Positions 19,360 to 28,936 of a DNA stretch of 31,184 nt are shown piece after piece. The stretch is from an uncultured bacterium (GTDB lineage Bacteria; Zhuqueibacterota; QNDG01; DSAB01): positions 1-31,184 of the forward strand of contig CAZDVF010000001.1 in NCBI GenBank assembly GCA_964508725.1. Reading direction: 5' to 3'. Made by a program: the position numbers and the translations under genes. Below the pieces are notes generated by a model that was not told where the DNA came from, did no database searches, and saw only the letters and a program-made list of their open reading frames with translations. Position 1 is the stretch's first letter. Each line of letters begins with the position of its first letter.

Positions 19360-19382
19360 TCAATTACCATAATGGTAATTGA
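19360..19382. promoter_or_regulatory. Perfect 11-1-11 inverted repeat, candidate operator of the glycan operon
   Basis: TCAATTACCAT-A-ATGGTAATTGA immediately upstream of the AGAGGAG RBS of the first gene. Confidence 0.55.
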
Positions 19383-19400
19383 ATAGAGGAGACACACGTT

Positions 19401-19856
19401 ATGATTCATGATGTTCAAGTCAAGTCGTTGCGGGTTTTACCGGATGAACGGGGACACCTGATGGAGATCCTCAGGAGGGATGATGCGCTGTTTGAGACAT
19501 TCGGCCAGGTCTATCTGACCACGACCTACCCGGAAGTCGTCAAGGCCTGGCATTATCATAAAAAGCAGAACGATAATGTGACCGTCGTCAAGGGCATGCT
19601 CAAACTGGTCCTGTACGATGATCGTGCTGACAGCCCGACCCGCGGAGAGTTGAACGAATTTTTTCTCGGCGAGCACAATCCCCTGTTGGTGCACATTCCC
19701 AGACACGTGTACCACGGGTGGAAGTGCATCGGACAGGAAGAGGCCTATGTTGTGAATTGTGTCACCGAACCGTACAATTACCAAGATCCAGACGAGCACA
19801 GGTTGCCGTTTGATACCGATCAGATTCCTTACGACTGGGAGATCCGGATGGGGTGA
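19401..19856 (+). CDS. rfbC: dTDP-4-dehydrorhamnose 3,5-epimerase family cupin (short RmlC/SpsL-like)
   Basis: DERGHLMEI, FGQVY, VKAWHYH, IPRHVYHGWK. Adjacent to rmlB. Confidence 0.8.
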   Translation: MIHDVQVKSLRVLPDERGHLMEILRRDDALFETFGQVYLTTTYPEVVKAWHYHKKQNDNVTVVKGMLKLVLYDDRADSPTRGELNEFFLGEHNPLLVHIPRHVYHGWKCIGQEEAYVVNCVTEPYNYQDPDEHRLPFDTDQIPYDWEIRMG

Positions 19857-19975
19857 TGGATCGTCATCTTCCTGAAGCGGACCGAATCTGAAGATACAAT
19901 GATCCCGAAGGATTGGGGCCTGCTTTATTACTCCCAACAGTCATTCATACTCGGAAAAACAGAGAGTGTTCATTC

Positions 19976-20977
19976 ATGCGAAAACTGTTAGTCACCGGAG
20001 GCGCCGGATTCATCGGGAGCAACTTTATCCGACACATGTTGCAGAAACATGATGACGTGTCCATTATCAACCTGGACAAGTTAACCTACGCCGGTAATCT
20101 CGACAACCTGAAGGACTTGGAATCCGATCCGCGGTATCGTTTTGTTCGCGGGGATATCTGCGATGAAGCCATTGTCGAGAGCGTCATGACCGGTGTGAAT
20201 GCGCTTGTCAATTTTGCGGCGGAAAGCCATGTCGACCGATCCATCGGCAAACCGGATGATTTTATCCAAACCGATATTTTTGGCGTATTCGTGCTGCTTG
20301 AAGCGTCCCGGCGGCATGGCGTGGACCGGTTCGTCCAGATCAGCACAGACGAGGTGTACGGCAGCACAGAGGACGGCTTTTTCAAGGAATCCGACGCGCT
20401 GATGCCATCCAGCCCGTACGCCGCATCCAAAGCCGGCGCTGATCGTCTTGCTTACTCCTACTTTGTTACGTACGGCCTTCCTGTCGTCATTCCGCGCAGC
20501 TCCAACAATTTCGGGCCGTATCAGTATCCTGAAAAATTGATTTCCCTTTTTGTCACCAACGCGCTGGATGATATCGCCCTCCCCATTTACGGAGACGGGA
20601 AAAACATTCGTGACTGGCTTTTCGTGACGGACAATTGCGAGGCCATTGATCTGATTCTGGAGCGCGGAAAAGATGGTGAAGTCTACAATGTCGGAGCCGG
20701 GAACGAACGGAACAATCTGGAGATCACGGACATCATCCTGCGCGACCTGGACAAGCCGGATTCCTTGAAGACATTTGTGGAAGACCGCAAGGGTCACGAT
20801 CGACGCTACGCCCTGGATATCCGCAAAATCAGACAGCTTGGATGGGAACCCAGGCACGGATTCGACGAGGCCATGCGCGAAACCGTGACGTGGTATCGGG
20901 ATAACAGATGGTGGTGGGAGAAGCTCAAGAGCGGGGAGTACCTGGACTATTATCGAAAACAATACGAAAAAGTGTAA
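19976..20977 (+). CDS. rfbB: dTDP-glucose 4,6-dehydratase
   Basis: LLVTGGAGFIGSNF, DKLTYAGN, NFAAESHVDRSI, STDEVYG, YxxxK (PYAASK), NNFGPYQYPEK, DRKGHDRRY. Start moved to ATG 19976. Confidence 0.96.
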   Translation: MRKLLVTGGAGFIGSNFIRHMLQKHDDVSIINLDKLTYAGNLDNLKDLESDPRYRFVRGDICDEAIVESVMTGVNALVNFAAESHVDRSIGKPDDFIQTDIFGVFVLLEASRRHGVDRFVQISTDEVYGSTEDGFFKESDALMPSSPYAASKAGADRLAYSYFVTYGLPVVIPRSSNNFGPYQYPEKLISLFVTNALDDIALPIYGDGKNIRDWLFVTDNCEAIDLILERGKDGEVYNVGAGNERNNLEITDIILRDLDKPDSLKTFVEDRKGHDRRYALDIRKIRQLGWEPRHGFDEAMRETVTWYRDNRWWWEKLKSGEYLDYYRKQYEKV

Positions 20978-21018
20978 CGATCATTCGCATAACACTGACC
21001 AAATTGAAGGAGCTGCAA

Positions 21019-22329
21019 TTGGATCTGAAAGAGAGAATTGAATCAAAGCAAGCAATAATTGGTGTTATCGGACTGGGTTACGTTGGCCTGCCCCTTTTGA
21101 TAGAATTTGTCGACCAAGGGTACGCCAGTATCGGATTCGACATCGACGATAGGAAGATTGTGTTCCTGAACCAGAAGAAAACCTACATCAAACACATCAG
21201 TCAAAAGCGTATCGCCGGGATCATGGAGAGCGGCAAGTTCGAAGCGACCACCGATTTTTCCCGGTTGCGCGAAGTCGACTGCATCATCGTGGCCGTGCCA
21301 ACACCGCTGGACAAACACCAGCAGCCAGATCTGAGTTACATCATTGATACATCCGAGACTGTCTCAAAATATCTGAGAAAAGGGCAGATTGTGGTGCTCG
21401 AGAGTTCCACATGGCCGGGAACCACCGAAGAGATCATGCGGCCCATACTCGAGAAATCGGGACTCAAATGCGGTGTGGATTTCTTCCTTGCCTTTTCCCC
21501 CGAACGCGAGGATCCCAACAATCCCACGTACAACACCCGAACCATCCCGAAAGTGGTGGGCGCCAACGATGACTACAGCCGCGATTGTGCCACGGCTCTG
21601 TACGACAAAGTCATTGTCCAAACCGTTCCTGTATCCTCCAGTCAGGCTGCCGAGGCTACCAAGCTTCTTGAGAATATTTTCCGGTCCATTAATATCGCCC
21701 TGGTCAATGAGATGAAGATGATTCTGGATCGCATGGATCTCGACGTTTGGGAAGTCATCGACGCTGCGACGACCAAGCCGTTCGGATTTATGCCCTTCTA
21801 TCCCGGCCCTGGTCTGGGCGGACACTGCATTCCCATCGATCCTTTTTACCTGACCTGGAAGGCCAAAGAGTATGACATGCCCACCCGGTTTATCGAACTG
21901 GCAGGAGAGATTAATACACACATGCCCTACTGGGTTGTCCAGAAAATCGGGCATGCGCTCAACGACCGGAATAAGAGCCTGAAAGGATCCCGACTGCTTC
22001 TGCTGGGCGCAGCTTACAAGAAAGACATCGACGATATGCGGGAGAGTCCCACGCTCAAACTCATCGAGATTCTTGTGAAACAGGGCGCATCTGTCGATTA
22101 CAATGATCCGTCCATCCCCAGGCTGCCTACGGTTCGAAAGTACGCTTACGATATGGAGAGCGTAGAACTCACGCCCGGGAACCTGGCGTCATACGATGGT
22201 GTCGTGATATCCACGGACCATTCTGTGTATGATTACGATTTAATTGTCAAGCATGCCCAGCTTGTGATCGACACCCGGAATGCAACCAAGAACGTGAAGG
22301 AAAACAGAGATAAAATTGTCAAGGCGTGA
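21019..22329 (+). CDS. Nucleotide-sugar dehydrogenase, WbpA/WecC/TviB-like (UDP-GlcNAc/ManNAc 6-dehydrogenase)
   Basis: IGLGYVGLPL, VPTPL, ESSTWPGTT, FSPEREDP, KLLEN, GPGLGGHCIPIDP, AYKKDIDDMRESP. TTG start after an AAGGAG RBS. Confidence 0.92.
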   Translation: MDLKERIESKQAIIGVIGLGYVGLPLLIEFVDQGYASIGFDIDDRKIVFLNQKKTYIKHISQKRIAGIMESGKFEATTDFSRLREVDCIIVAVPTPLDKHQQPDLSYIIDTSETVSKYLRKGQIVVLESSTWPGTTEEIMRPILEKSGLKCGVDFFLAFSPEREDPNNPTYNTRTIPKVVGANDDYSRDCATALYDKVIVQTVPVSSSQAAEATKLLENIFRSINIALVNEMKMILDRMDLDVWEVIDAATTKPFGFMPFYPGPGLGGHCIPIDPFYLTWKAKEYDMPTRFIELAGEINTHMPYWVVQKIGHALNDRNKSLKGSRLLLLGAAYKKDIDDMRESPTLKLIEILVKQGASVDYNDPSIPRLPTVRKYAYDMESVELTPGNLASYDGVVISTDHSVYDYDLIVKHAQLVIDTRNATKNVKENRDKIVKA

Positions 22330-22348
22330 AAAACCAATCTGTCGTCAT

Positions 22349-23668
22349 ATGGTATTGTTCAGCTTATACCGTCTCCGTGGACGCTGCTCTGCGATAACAC
22401 TTGTTCTTCTCCTGTTATCCGGAAATCTGTTTGGTCAAACCCAGGAGCAAGAGGACCTTCAGAGAAAGAGTGCGTCTGTCGCCATTCCTGAAGTGTTCGA
22501 TTTTTCCGAGTTGTTCAATCAGGAGAAGATGACCCGTGAAGCTTTCGAACAGCGGAAGATCCAGCGTGAAGCCCGTCTGCGTGATCGGTTTTCGCGTCTG
22601 GAGGCGCTTGAGGGTGCGGTGGATCCGCAAACATATGTGGTGGGTCCAGGCGATGAGTTCTTGTTCAATCTCTGGGGCCCGGGAGAGATTCAGATCCCTT
22701 TGACGGTTTCTCCGGAGGGTGTGCTGCTGGTCCCATCGGTGGGTGAAATCCATGTTGCCGGCAAACCATTGTCAGAGGTAAAAATCCAGGTGCTCGAACG
22801 GGCCACATCCATCTACAATCACACAGAAGTGGGGCTCACACTCGAGGCCATGCGGCTGTTTCGTGTGCATGTGACGGGTGAGGTGCAATATCCAGGCACC
22901 TATCTGGCGCAGGCCGACCACCGTGTTTCAGAGATGATAGTCGAAGCCGGCGGCGTGACGGATCGGGCTTGGCGAAACCATGTCGCACTCCGTCGGGCCA
23001 GCGGAGACACGTTCTTTGTCGATCTGGACGCGTTCGTCTCCCGCGGTGATCTGGCGAACGATTTTTTTGTGAACGGCGGAGACGTGATCCATGTGCTGTC
23101 CGTGGAAAACGCAGATCATCTTGTTCATGTGCAGGGCGATCTTGAGAGCGCCGGCGCTTACGCCATTATTGACGGCGAAGATCTGCTGGCGTTTTTGCGC
23201 CGCATCCGGGCGCTGAAACGGAACACCGACCTGTCATCCATTACAGTGCGGCGAACAGAGGAAACACTGCATCAGCAATCCATGCAACCGTTTGCTTCAG
23301 GCAATCCTGAAAAAAATACATCCTTCCTTCTTCGACATGGTGATCAGATTTTGCTTCCCTCACCGTATGTTTACGTTCGCGGCGCCGTGCGTAATCCAGG
23401 GGCGTATCCTTTTGCTCTGAATTTGACGGCTCGTGATTACGCTGGTATGGCCGGGGGCGATTATCGCTCCGGGAGTATCAGGGGCGTCAAGGTGTTCCAT
23501 GCTGCGACAGGGAAGACAGTTAAGGGTCCTGATACGATTGTCCAAATGGGGGATATGGTTAGTGTCCCCCAGTCGTGGGGTGAACGGTTTCGTGATTATT
23601 TGACCGTTGTCTCAACAATTACATCGCTGATCCTGGCAGCCAAGGCTGTCGGCGTTTTTGGAAATTGA
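22349..23668 (+). CDS. SLBB-domain polysaccharide export protein (Wza/KpsD-like OPX)
   Basis: Signal peptide, Poly_export motif YVVGPGDEF...VSPEG...PSVGEI, repeated SLBB motifs (VHVTGEVQYPG, VHVQGD, VYVRGAVRNPG), hydrophobic C-terminal helix. Start probably ATG 22349. Confidence 0.85.
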   Translation: MVLFSLYRLRGRCSAITLVLLLLSGNLFGQTQEQEDLQRKSASVAIPEVFDFSELFNQEKMTREAFEQRKIQREARLRDRFSRLEALEGAVDPQTYVVGPGDEFLFNLWGPGEIQIPLTVSPEGVLLVPSVGEIHVAGKPLSEVKIQVLERATSIYNHTEVGLTLEAMRLFRVHVTGEVQYPGTYLAQADHRVSEMIVEAGGVTDRAWRNHVALRRASGDTFFVDLDAFVSRGDLANDFFVNGGDVIHVLSVENADHLVHVQGDLESAGAYAIIDGEDLLAFLRRIRALKRNTDLSSITVRRTEETLHQQSMQPFASGNPEKNTSFLLRHGDQILLPSPYVYVRGAVRNPGAYPFALNLTARDYAGMAGGDYRSGSIRGVKVFHAATGKTVKGPDTIVQMGDMVSVPQSWGERFRDYLTVVSTITSLILAAKAVGVFGN

Positions 23669-23826
23669 AGACTTGAATTCGATCTCCACCCTATTGAAAT
23701 CATACAGGATTTTGGCGTCTAGCCAGACAATCATTTTGGCGTTCGGTTCCGATCCGCAGAATTAAAATTTGTGGAGCAAGTCTTCCATTATTAACAAGTG
23801 AAAAGCCAATTGAGGAAATTCGTATC

Positions 23827-25002
23827 GTGAGCACGACAGAACTCAAGGTCCTCTACACGCATCGCAAGACGATTCTCCTGGTCACTGTTTTCACGATGCT
23901 AATTGCCGCGTTGTTCAGTCTTGCCATGCCCCTCTGGTTTCGTGCATATACTGTCATTATGCCCCCGCAAGATGAGGGCAGCATGTTTGATTTCGGATCG
24001 CTTCTCAGCGATCTTCCTCTCCAGGCACTGGGTCTGGGCGGCGCGTCGGACCAGGCCACGCTGTTCATGGCCATGCTCAGGAGCCGGACAGTGGCCGAGG
24101 CTGTGGCCGAGGCGTTTCAACTCCAGACGCTCTACAGTGCGAAAAACATGGAAGAGACACTCCGTGAGCTGCGCAGGCATTACGGTGTGAGTCTGGATGA
24201 CGAGGGGACCCTCACGCTGTTTGCCGAGGCCCGGACACCCTGGTTTCCGCTTTTTCACCAAAGCGAAAGAGATCAGGCTCGACTTCTGGCGCGTGACATG
24301 GCCAATGCGTTTATTTCTGAGCTGGACAGAATCAGCAAACGTTTAAAATCAGAGCGGGCGGGGAATACACGCATCTTCATCGAGACACGATATCAAATGA
24401 ACATCGCAGACTTGCATCGAGCCGAGGAGGCGTTCAAGCAGTTTCAGAAGCAATACGGGACCGTAGCCCTCCCGGAACAAACCGCCGCCACAATCGCAGC
24501 CGCTTCCGAGCTCAAGGCGCAGGTCATCGCCAAAGAGATCGAGATGGGCGTGCTTGAGGCGACTTCCGGATCGTCGCATTCCGCATACCTTCTGGCCCAA
24601 AAAGAACGGCAGGAACTGGAGAAACGGTATCAGGATTTTGTCCGAAGCCGGGGATCATCCCCTGAATTTGATTCGGAAACAGATCATGGAGGCGACCTGT
24701 TTCTCTCCCTGGGTGATGTGCCGGATCTGGGGCTTCAATACGCACGGCTTTATCGGGAAGTGATGATTCAGGAAAAGATCATGACTTTTCTTTTACCCCA
24801 ATATGAGCAGGCAAAGATTCAGGAGGCGAAAGATACGCCCTCCGTCCAAATTCTCGATGAAGCTGTCTCGCCTATTCGGAAACACCGTCCCAAACGGGCC
24901 GTATTTATCCTTTTTTTCGGATTTCTCGCATGTGTGATCAGTTCCACGGGTTTTATCCTCAGGCCCGCCATCGCAGCGCTCTACGCTGAACTGCGGAATT
25001 AG
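23827..25002 (+). CDS. Polysaccharide co-polymerase (Wzz/GumC-like), no kinase domain
   Basis: N-terminal TM, coiled-coil periplasmic region, QYEQAKIQEAKDTPSVQILDEAVSP...RPKR, then a second TM. No Walker A. Confidence 0.85.
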   Translation: MSTTELKVLYTHRKTILLVTVFTMLIAALFSLAMPLWFRAYTVIMPPQDEGSMFDFGSLLSDLPLQALGLGGASDQATLFMAMLRSRTVAEAVAEAFQLQTLYSAKNMEETLRELRRHYGVSLDDEGTLTLFAEARTPWFPLFHQSERDQARLLARDMANAFISELDRISKRLKSERAGNTRIFIETRYQMNIADLHRAEEAFKQFQKQYGTVALPEQTAATIAAASELKAQVIAKEIEMGVLEATSGSSHSAYLLAQKERQELEKRYQDFVRSRGSSPEFDSETDHGGDLFLSLGDVPDLGLQYARLYREVMIQEKIMTFLLPQYEQAKIQEAKDTPSVQILDEAVSPIRKHRPKRAVFILFFGFLACVISSTGFILRPAIAALYAELRN

Positions 25003-25009
25003 TCTTCGT

Positions 25010-26551
25010 ATGGATGCGCATCCGCCAACCTCTGCGGCAGTTTTAACCAGAAACACAGTGATCAATTTTGCGGGTTTAATCCTGCCCCTGATGGTGGGCG
25101 TCGCGGCCATTCCACTGGCCATCCGCGGACTGGGCACGGAAGCGTTTGGTATCTTGTCCATCGCCTGGGTGGTCATCGGCTATCTGACACTGCTCGATTT
25201 TGGTCTGTCGCGGGCCACAACCAAATTCACTGCCGAGCATCTGCGAAGTGGAACGCAAGACGCCATACCCTCTGTCATGTGGACGGCGGTTTTTGTCAGC
25301 TTCAGCCTGGGATGTATCGGCGGTTTGGTTCTCTATCTGACGCTTCCCTGGATGACAGGTTGCTTTATTCACCCTTCCGACGCTCTTTTTCCGCATGCCC
25401 TGGCCGGATTTCGCGTCGTGGCGTGCGCGCTTCCCATTTTACTCCTCTCCGTCAATCTCAAGGGGATGCTGGGAGCGGCCCAGCGCTTTGATCTGGTGAA
25501 TGCGGTCCACATTCCAGTCACAATCCTGAATTTTATTATTCCGGCGCTTTCTCTGCCTTTTGGCTGGAAGCTGCCGGAGATTCTCATTCTCATGATGCTG
25601 TCCCGCGCGGCAGCGGCGGGATGCTATTTTATCCTCTGTTTGCGCGTCTTTCCTGGATGCAGAATCCGTATCCGTCCTACGCGATCAACTGTTCGGCGAT
25701 TGCTGGCCTATGGAGGATGGGTCACAGTGTCCGGTGTTGTCAGCCCCCTTCTTGTCAGCCTGGACCGTTTTTTCATCGGATCGATGTTGTCGGTGTCGCT
25801 TCTGACATTTTACGCCGCTCCGCTGGAAGCGGTGATGCGTTTGCGTGTGATTCCCCAATCCATGATGGCCACAGTCTTTCCTGAATTCAGCGCAGGGCTC
25901 GACGGTCGCCGCATGTCACAACTGTTCTGGCGATCGGTGAAATACATCCTTCTTGTTATCGGCGTGATCTCGCTTGTTTTATTCTTTTTCGCCTCTGACA
26001 TCTTGCGCGTCTGGCTGGGCGAGGCTTTTGCAGAACGCAGCACAACGGTTTTTCAGATTGTCTCTGTCAGCATCCTGATCAATTTTCTGGCCATTGTCCC
26101 GTTTACGCTGCTGCAGGGGATCGGCAGACCGGATATCCCTGCCAAACTTCATCTGGCTGAGTTGCCGTTCTACATTCTTCTCCTTGTTGTGAGTATCCGC
26201 ATGCTGGGCCTTGTTGGAGCCGCCCTGGCCTGGGGAGTCCGCGTCACTTTGGACGCTGTGTTGCTTTTTTTGAGCACACGCCGCCTTGTGCCGCAGCTCT
26301 TGCAGGACAGGTCTGACCTGCATTGCGGGCGGATTGCACTGATGCTGGGGTTGACAGGCCTTCTACTATTTCTGATTCAACGCATTGATGCAGATTTGAT
26401 TTTTCGCAGCGTGTGCCTGGTTTTAATCCTGGTCGGGGCCGGCTGTGCGACGTATCGCACAATCCTTGATGATGTAGAAAAGCGGCAGGTGTCTCGTTTG
26501 ATCCATGTCATTCCAAACGGCCGTGGGGGGTCAAACCGCCGTGCTCCCTGA
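25010..26551 (+). CDS. wzx: Wzx oligosaccharide flippase
   Basis: About 13-14 hydrophobic segments, RNTVINF, LDFGLSRATTKF, LDRFFIGSML, VFPEFS. Confidence 0.9.
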   Translation: MDAHPPTSAAVLTRNTVINFAGLILPLMVGVAAIPLAIRGLGTEAFGILSIAWVVIGYLTLLDFGLSRATTKFTAEHLRSGTQDAIPSVMWTAVFVSFSLGCIGGLVLYLTLPWMTGCFIHPSDALFPHALAGFRVVACALPILLLSVNLKGMLGAAQRFDLVNAVHIPVTILNFIIPALSLPFGWKLPEILILMMLSRAAAAGCYFILCLRVFPGCRIRIRPTRSTVRRLLAYGGWVTVSGVVSPLLVSLDRFFIGSMLSVSLLTFYAAPLEAVMRLRVIPQSMMATVFPEFSAGLDGRRMSQLFWRSVKYILLVIGVISLVLFFFASDILRVWLGEAFAERSTTVFQIVSVSILINFLAIVPFTLLQGIGRPDIPAKLHLAELPFYILLLVVSIRMLGLVGAALAWGVRVTLDAVLLFLSTRRLVPQLLQDRSDLHCGRIALMLGLTGLLLFLIQRIDADLIFRSVCLVLILVGAGCATYRTILDDVEKRQVSRLIHVIPNGRGGSNRRAP

Positions 26552-27620
26552 CCAAAAACAGATTGCTGTGATCGTGGTGAACTGGAACAACTGGCAGGAT
26601 ACGTGCGATTGTCTGACGTCTCTATTTGACGGTGCGTTCCAGGATTTTCAGATTGTTCTGGTGGATAACGGCTCGACTGACGGTTCCGTCAAAAAGATCT
26701 GCGAGTGGGCAGAAGGCCGTGACCGCAAACAATCCGGAGTCTGTCAGGGGAAGCATGTATCAGCTGAGTTCCGAGATCTCCATAACCAGAGGGATGTTGA
26801 TCTGTCCCATCAGGCGGGATCGTCTTCTGATCCGCCCAGGCTGATCTGTTTTCAGAGTCTCACCAATCTGGGATTCGCCAAGGGATGCAATGTCGGTCTG
26901 GCTTATACGATCCAAAAGGGTTTCCGGTATGTATTCCTCCTCAACAATGACACGATTGTGGATACAGGCTGCCTGGCGACCCTTTCACGATTTCTGGATG
27001 ATCGATCCGATGTGGGCGTGGCCACGCCGGTTATTCGGCACTATGATGATCCTGACCGCATCTGGGCTTTCGGTGGAAGCCTCACGTTTTTTGCGCGGCG
27101 AAAGATGCATCTTTCCGGGCGTATTCGGTCTGCCCAGGCTCTTCCTGAATTCAGAGATGTCACCTTTGTGTCCGGGTGCGCCCTGTTCGCACGAGTTGAT
27201 GTGTTCCGCATGCATGGTCTGCTGACCGAATCTTTTTTCTTCGGTGAAGAAGATTACGAGTTCAGCCGCCGTATGCGAGCGCGTCGCATCAAGATGTGCG
27301 CTGTCGGTTCGGCTGTGATTTATCACAAGGTGGGGCGATCCCACGGCCGCGTCTTTCAGAAGGATCAGCTACCGTATGTTTTCATCGGTTTTCTGAACCG
27401 GTTTATCGGCCAGAAGCAATACGCCCGATCCATTGTGACGTGGAAACTGTGGCGCGCCCTGTGCCTGGCTTACATCGCGCCGAAGCTGATATTTTGGCAT
27501 CGCTTTCCTCTGTGTCATGTTCTGAGGATGCTTCGGCTTCTTGTCACCTGTTCCAATCAATACGATGGCGTGGATCGCGATCTTTTCTTTCGCGCCAGGT
27601 CTATGATCGAAGGACAATGA
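26505..27620 (+). CDS. GT2 glycosyltransferase (WbbL-like, possible rhamnosyltransferase)
   Basis: VIVVNWN, VDNGSTD, NLGFAKGCN, LLNNDT, VSGCALF, GEEDYEFS, IYHKVG. True start may be GTG 26541. Confidence 0.88.
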   Translation: MSFQTAVGGQTAVLPDQKQIAVIVVNWNNWQDTCDCLTSLFDGAFQDFQIVLVDNGSTDGSVKKICEWAEGRDRKQSGVCQGKHVSAEFRDLHNQRDVDLSHQAGSSSDPPRLICFQSLTNLGFAKGCNVGLAYTIQKGFRYVFLLNNDTIVDTGCLATLSRFLDDRSDVGVATPVIRHYDDPDRIWAFGGSLTFFARRKMHLSGRIRSAQALPEFRDVTFVSGCALFARVDVFRMHGLLTESFFFGEEDYEFSRRMRARRIKMCAVGSAVIYHKVGRSHGRVFQKDQLPYVFIGFLNRFIGQKQYARSIVTWKLWRALCLAYIAPKLIFWHRFPLCHVLRMLRLLVTCSNQYDGVDRDLFFRARSMIEGQ

Positions 27621-28936
27621 GCACTGTTGAAGTCACATTCGGACCGCTTCTTTTAGTCCTCTTTTGTCTGGGCGTCACGCTCTGGGAGCGCCAGCGCTGC
27701 GGTACGGCCCTGGCCCCTTTCGAGACACTGGCCTGGCCGTATGCCGCCATTGTGGTGCTGATCAATTTTGGTGGACGTCATTTCGGATTTTTCCCCGTCA
27801 GCCTGAAGAGCATTCTGTTTGTTCTGGCCTGTCTTATGTTTTTTATCCTTGGTAACGGGGCCGCCGGTGTTCTGTCGGAAGACCGCCGATTACCGGGCCG
27901 AGCTTTTTTTAACAGAAGGGATGCACGGGGCTGCTTCTCCGCTTACCGCAATCTGTTTGTCTGTCTTGCTGTTGTGACGACTGTTTTTGGATTTATCCAT
28001 TTCTTTCGATCCATCAACCAGGTAGGATGGCTGGGTATCGCCTCATCCGAGTTCAAGGAGTCTTTCGGCAAGGGCCCCTTGGCGCATGTTGTCGTGCTGG
28101 GCCGGCCCGCGTTTCTCTTTTTGTTTGCTAGTTATTGTGTGAACCGCAAGTTGTCGCATCTAATTTTACTTGGTTTCATGTTCGCCCTGGTCCTGTTGCT
28201 ACAGATCAAGAATAATATCCTGGTGCTGTTGTTGGCTGGACTCTACTTCAGCCTGTTTTACCGGTTGATCCGCGTTAACTGGAAAAAGATCCTTGTTGTT
28301 CTGGCGGTGATCTATTGCCTGTTCAATGTCAGTTATATCATCGGCTTCAGCCGCATTGGTGTGGGCGCTTCCTATTCAAACAAAATCCAGCTCTATTTGT
28401 TGAATCATTTTTTCGCGTACCTGTTTGGCGGACCGATTGGATTCAGCGAGATCCTTCAGGATCCAACATATCCCCTTTACACTATTCAGGAAGTCTTCGC
28501 TGTTCCCGTCAATTTGTACCGCAACTTTGTGACCAATGATGTGTTGGTGGATCTCATCTTTCATCATTGGATTCCCATCTCATCCATCTATCAGTATTTT
28601 CACACCTCCAATGTATTCACACTTTTCGGCATGCTCTACATGTATATCGGATCCATGGGCGCATGGATGGTGATGTTCTTTCTGGGCGCTGGCGCGGGAT
28701 TGGTCCGGTTTGCGGCATTACGGCGTCCCGGTGCTTTGGGCTGGCAGATGGTCTACGCGTTGTTTCTCGGATACCTGACCATCTCTTTTTTTGGACTCTA
28801 TTTCAACATTATCATCGTGTACGAGACTGCGGTGTACATGCTGGCCGTACCCATGATCTACAACGGGATCAGGAGCGGCTGTCACCGGGTGCGCCGCTCT
28901 CTGGTCAGGTCGGAAGGTGTGACAGACCATGTGTAA
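27617..28936 (+). CDS. wzy: Wzy-like oligosaccharide repeat-unit polymerase
   Basis: About 11 TM segments with a large late periplasmic loop containing SNVFTLFG. Located after wzx and GT2. Start moved to ATG 27617 (ATGA overlap). Confidence 0.75.
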   Translation: MSTVEVTFGPLLLVLFCLGVTLWERQRCGTALAPFETLAWPYAAIVVLINFGGRHFGFFPVSLKSILFVLACLMFFILGNGAAGVLSEDRRLPGRAFFNRRDARGCFSAYRNLFVCLAVVTTVFGFIHFFRSINQVGWLGIASSEFKESFGKGPLAHVVVLGRPAFLFLFASYCVNRKLSHLILLGFMFALVLLLQIKNNILVLLLAGLYFSLFYRLIRVNWKKILVVLAVIYCLFNVSYIIGFSRIGVGASYSNKIQLYLLNHFFAYLFGGPIGFSEILQDPTYPLYTIQEVFAVPVNLYRNFVTNDVLVDLIFHHWIPISSIYQYFHTSNVFTLFGMLYMYIGSMGAWMVMFFLGAGAGLVRFAALRRPGALGWQMVYALFLGYLTISFFGLYFNIIIVYETAVYMLAVPMIYNGIRSGCHRVRRSLVRSEGVTDHV

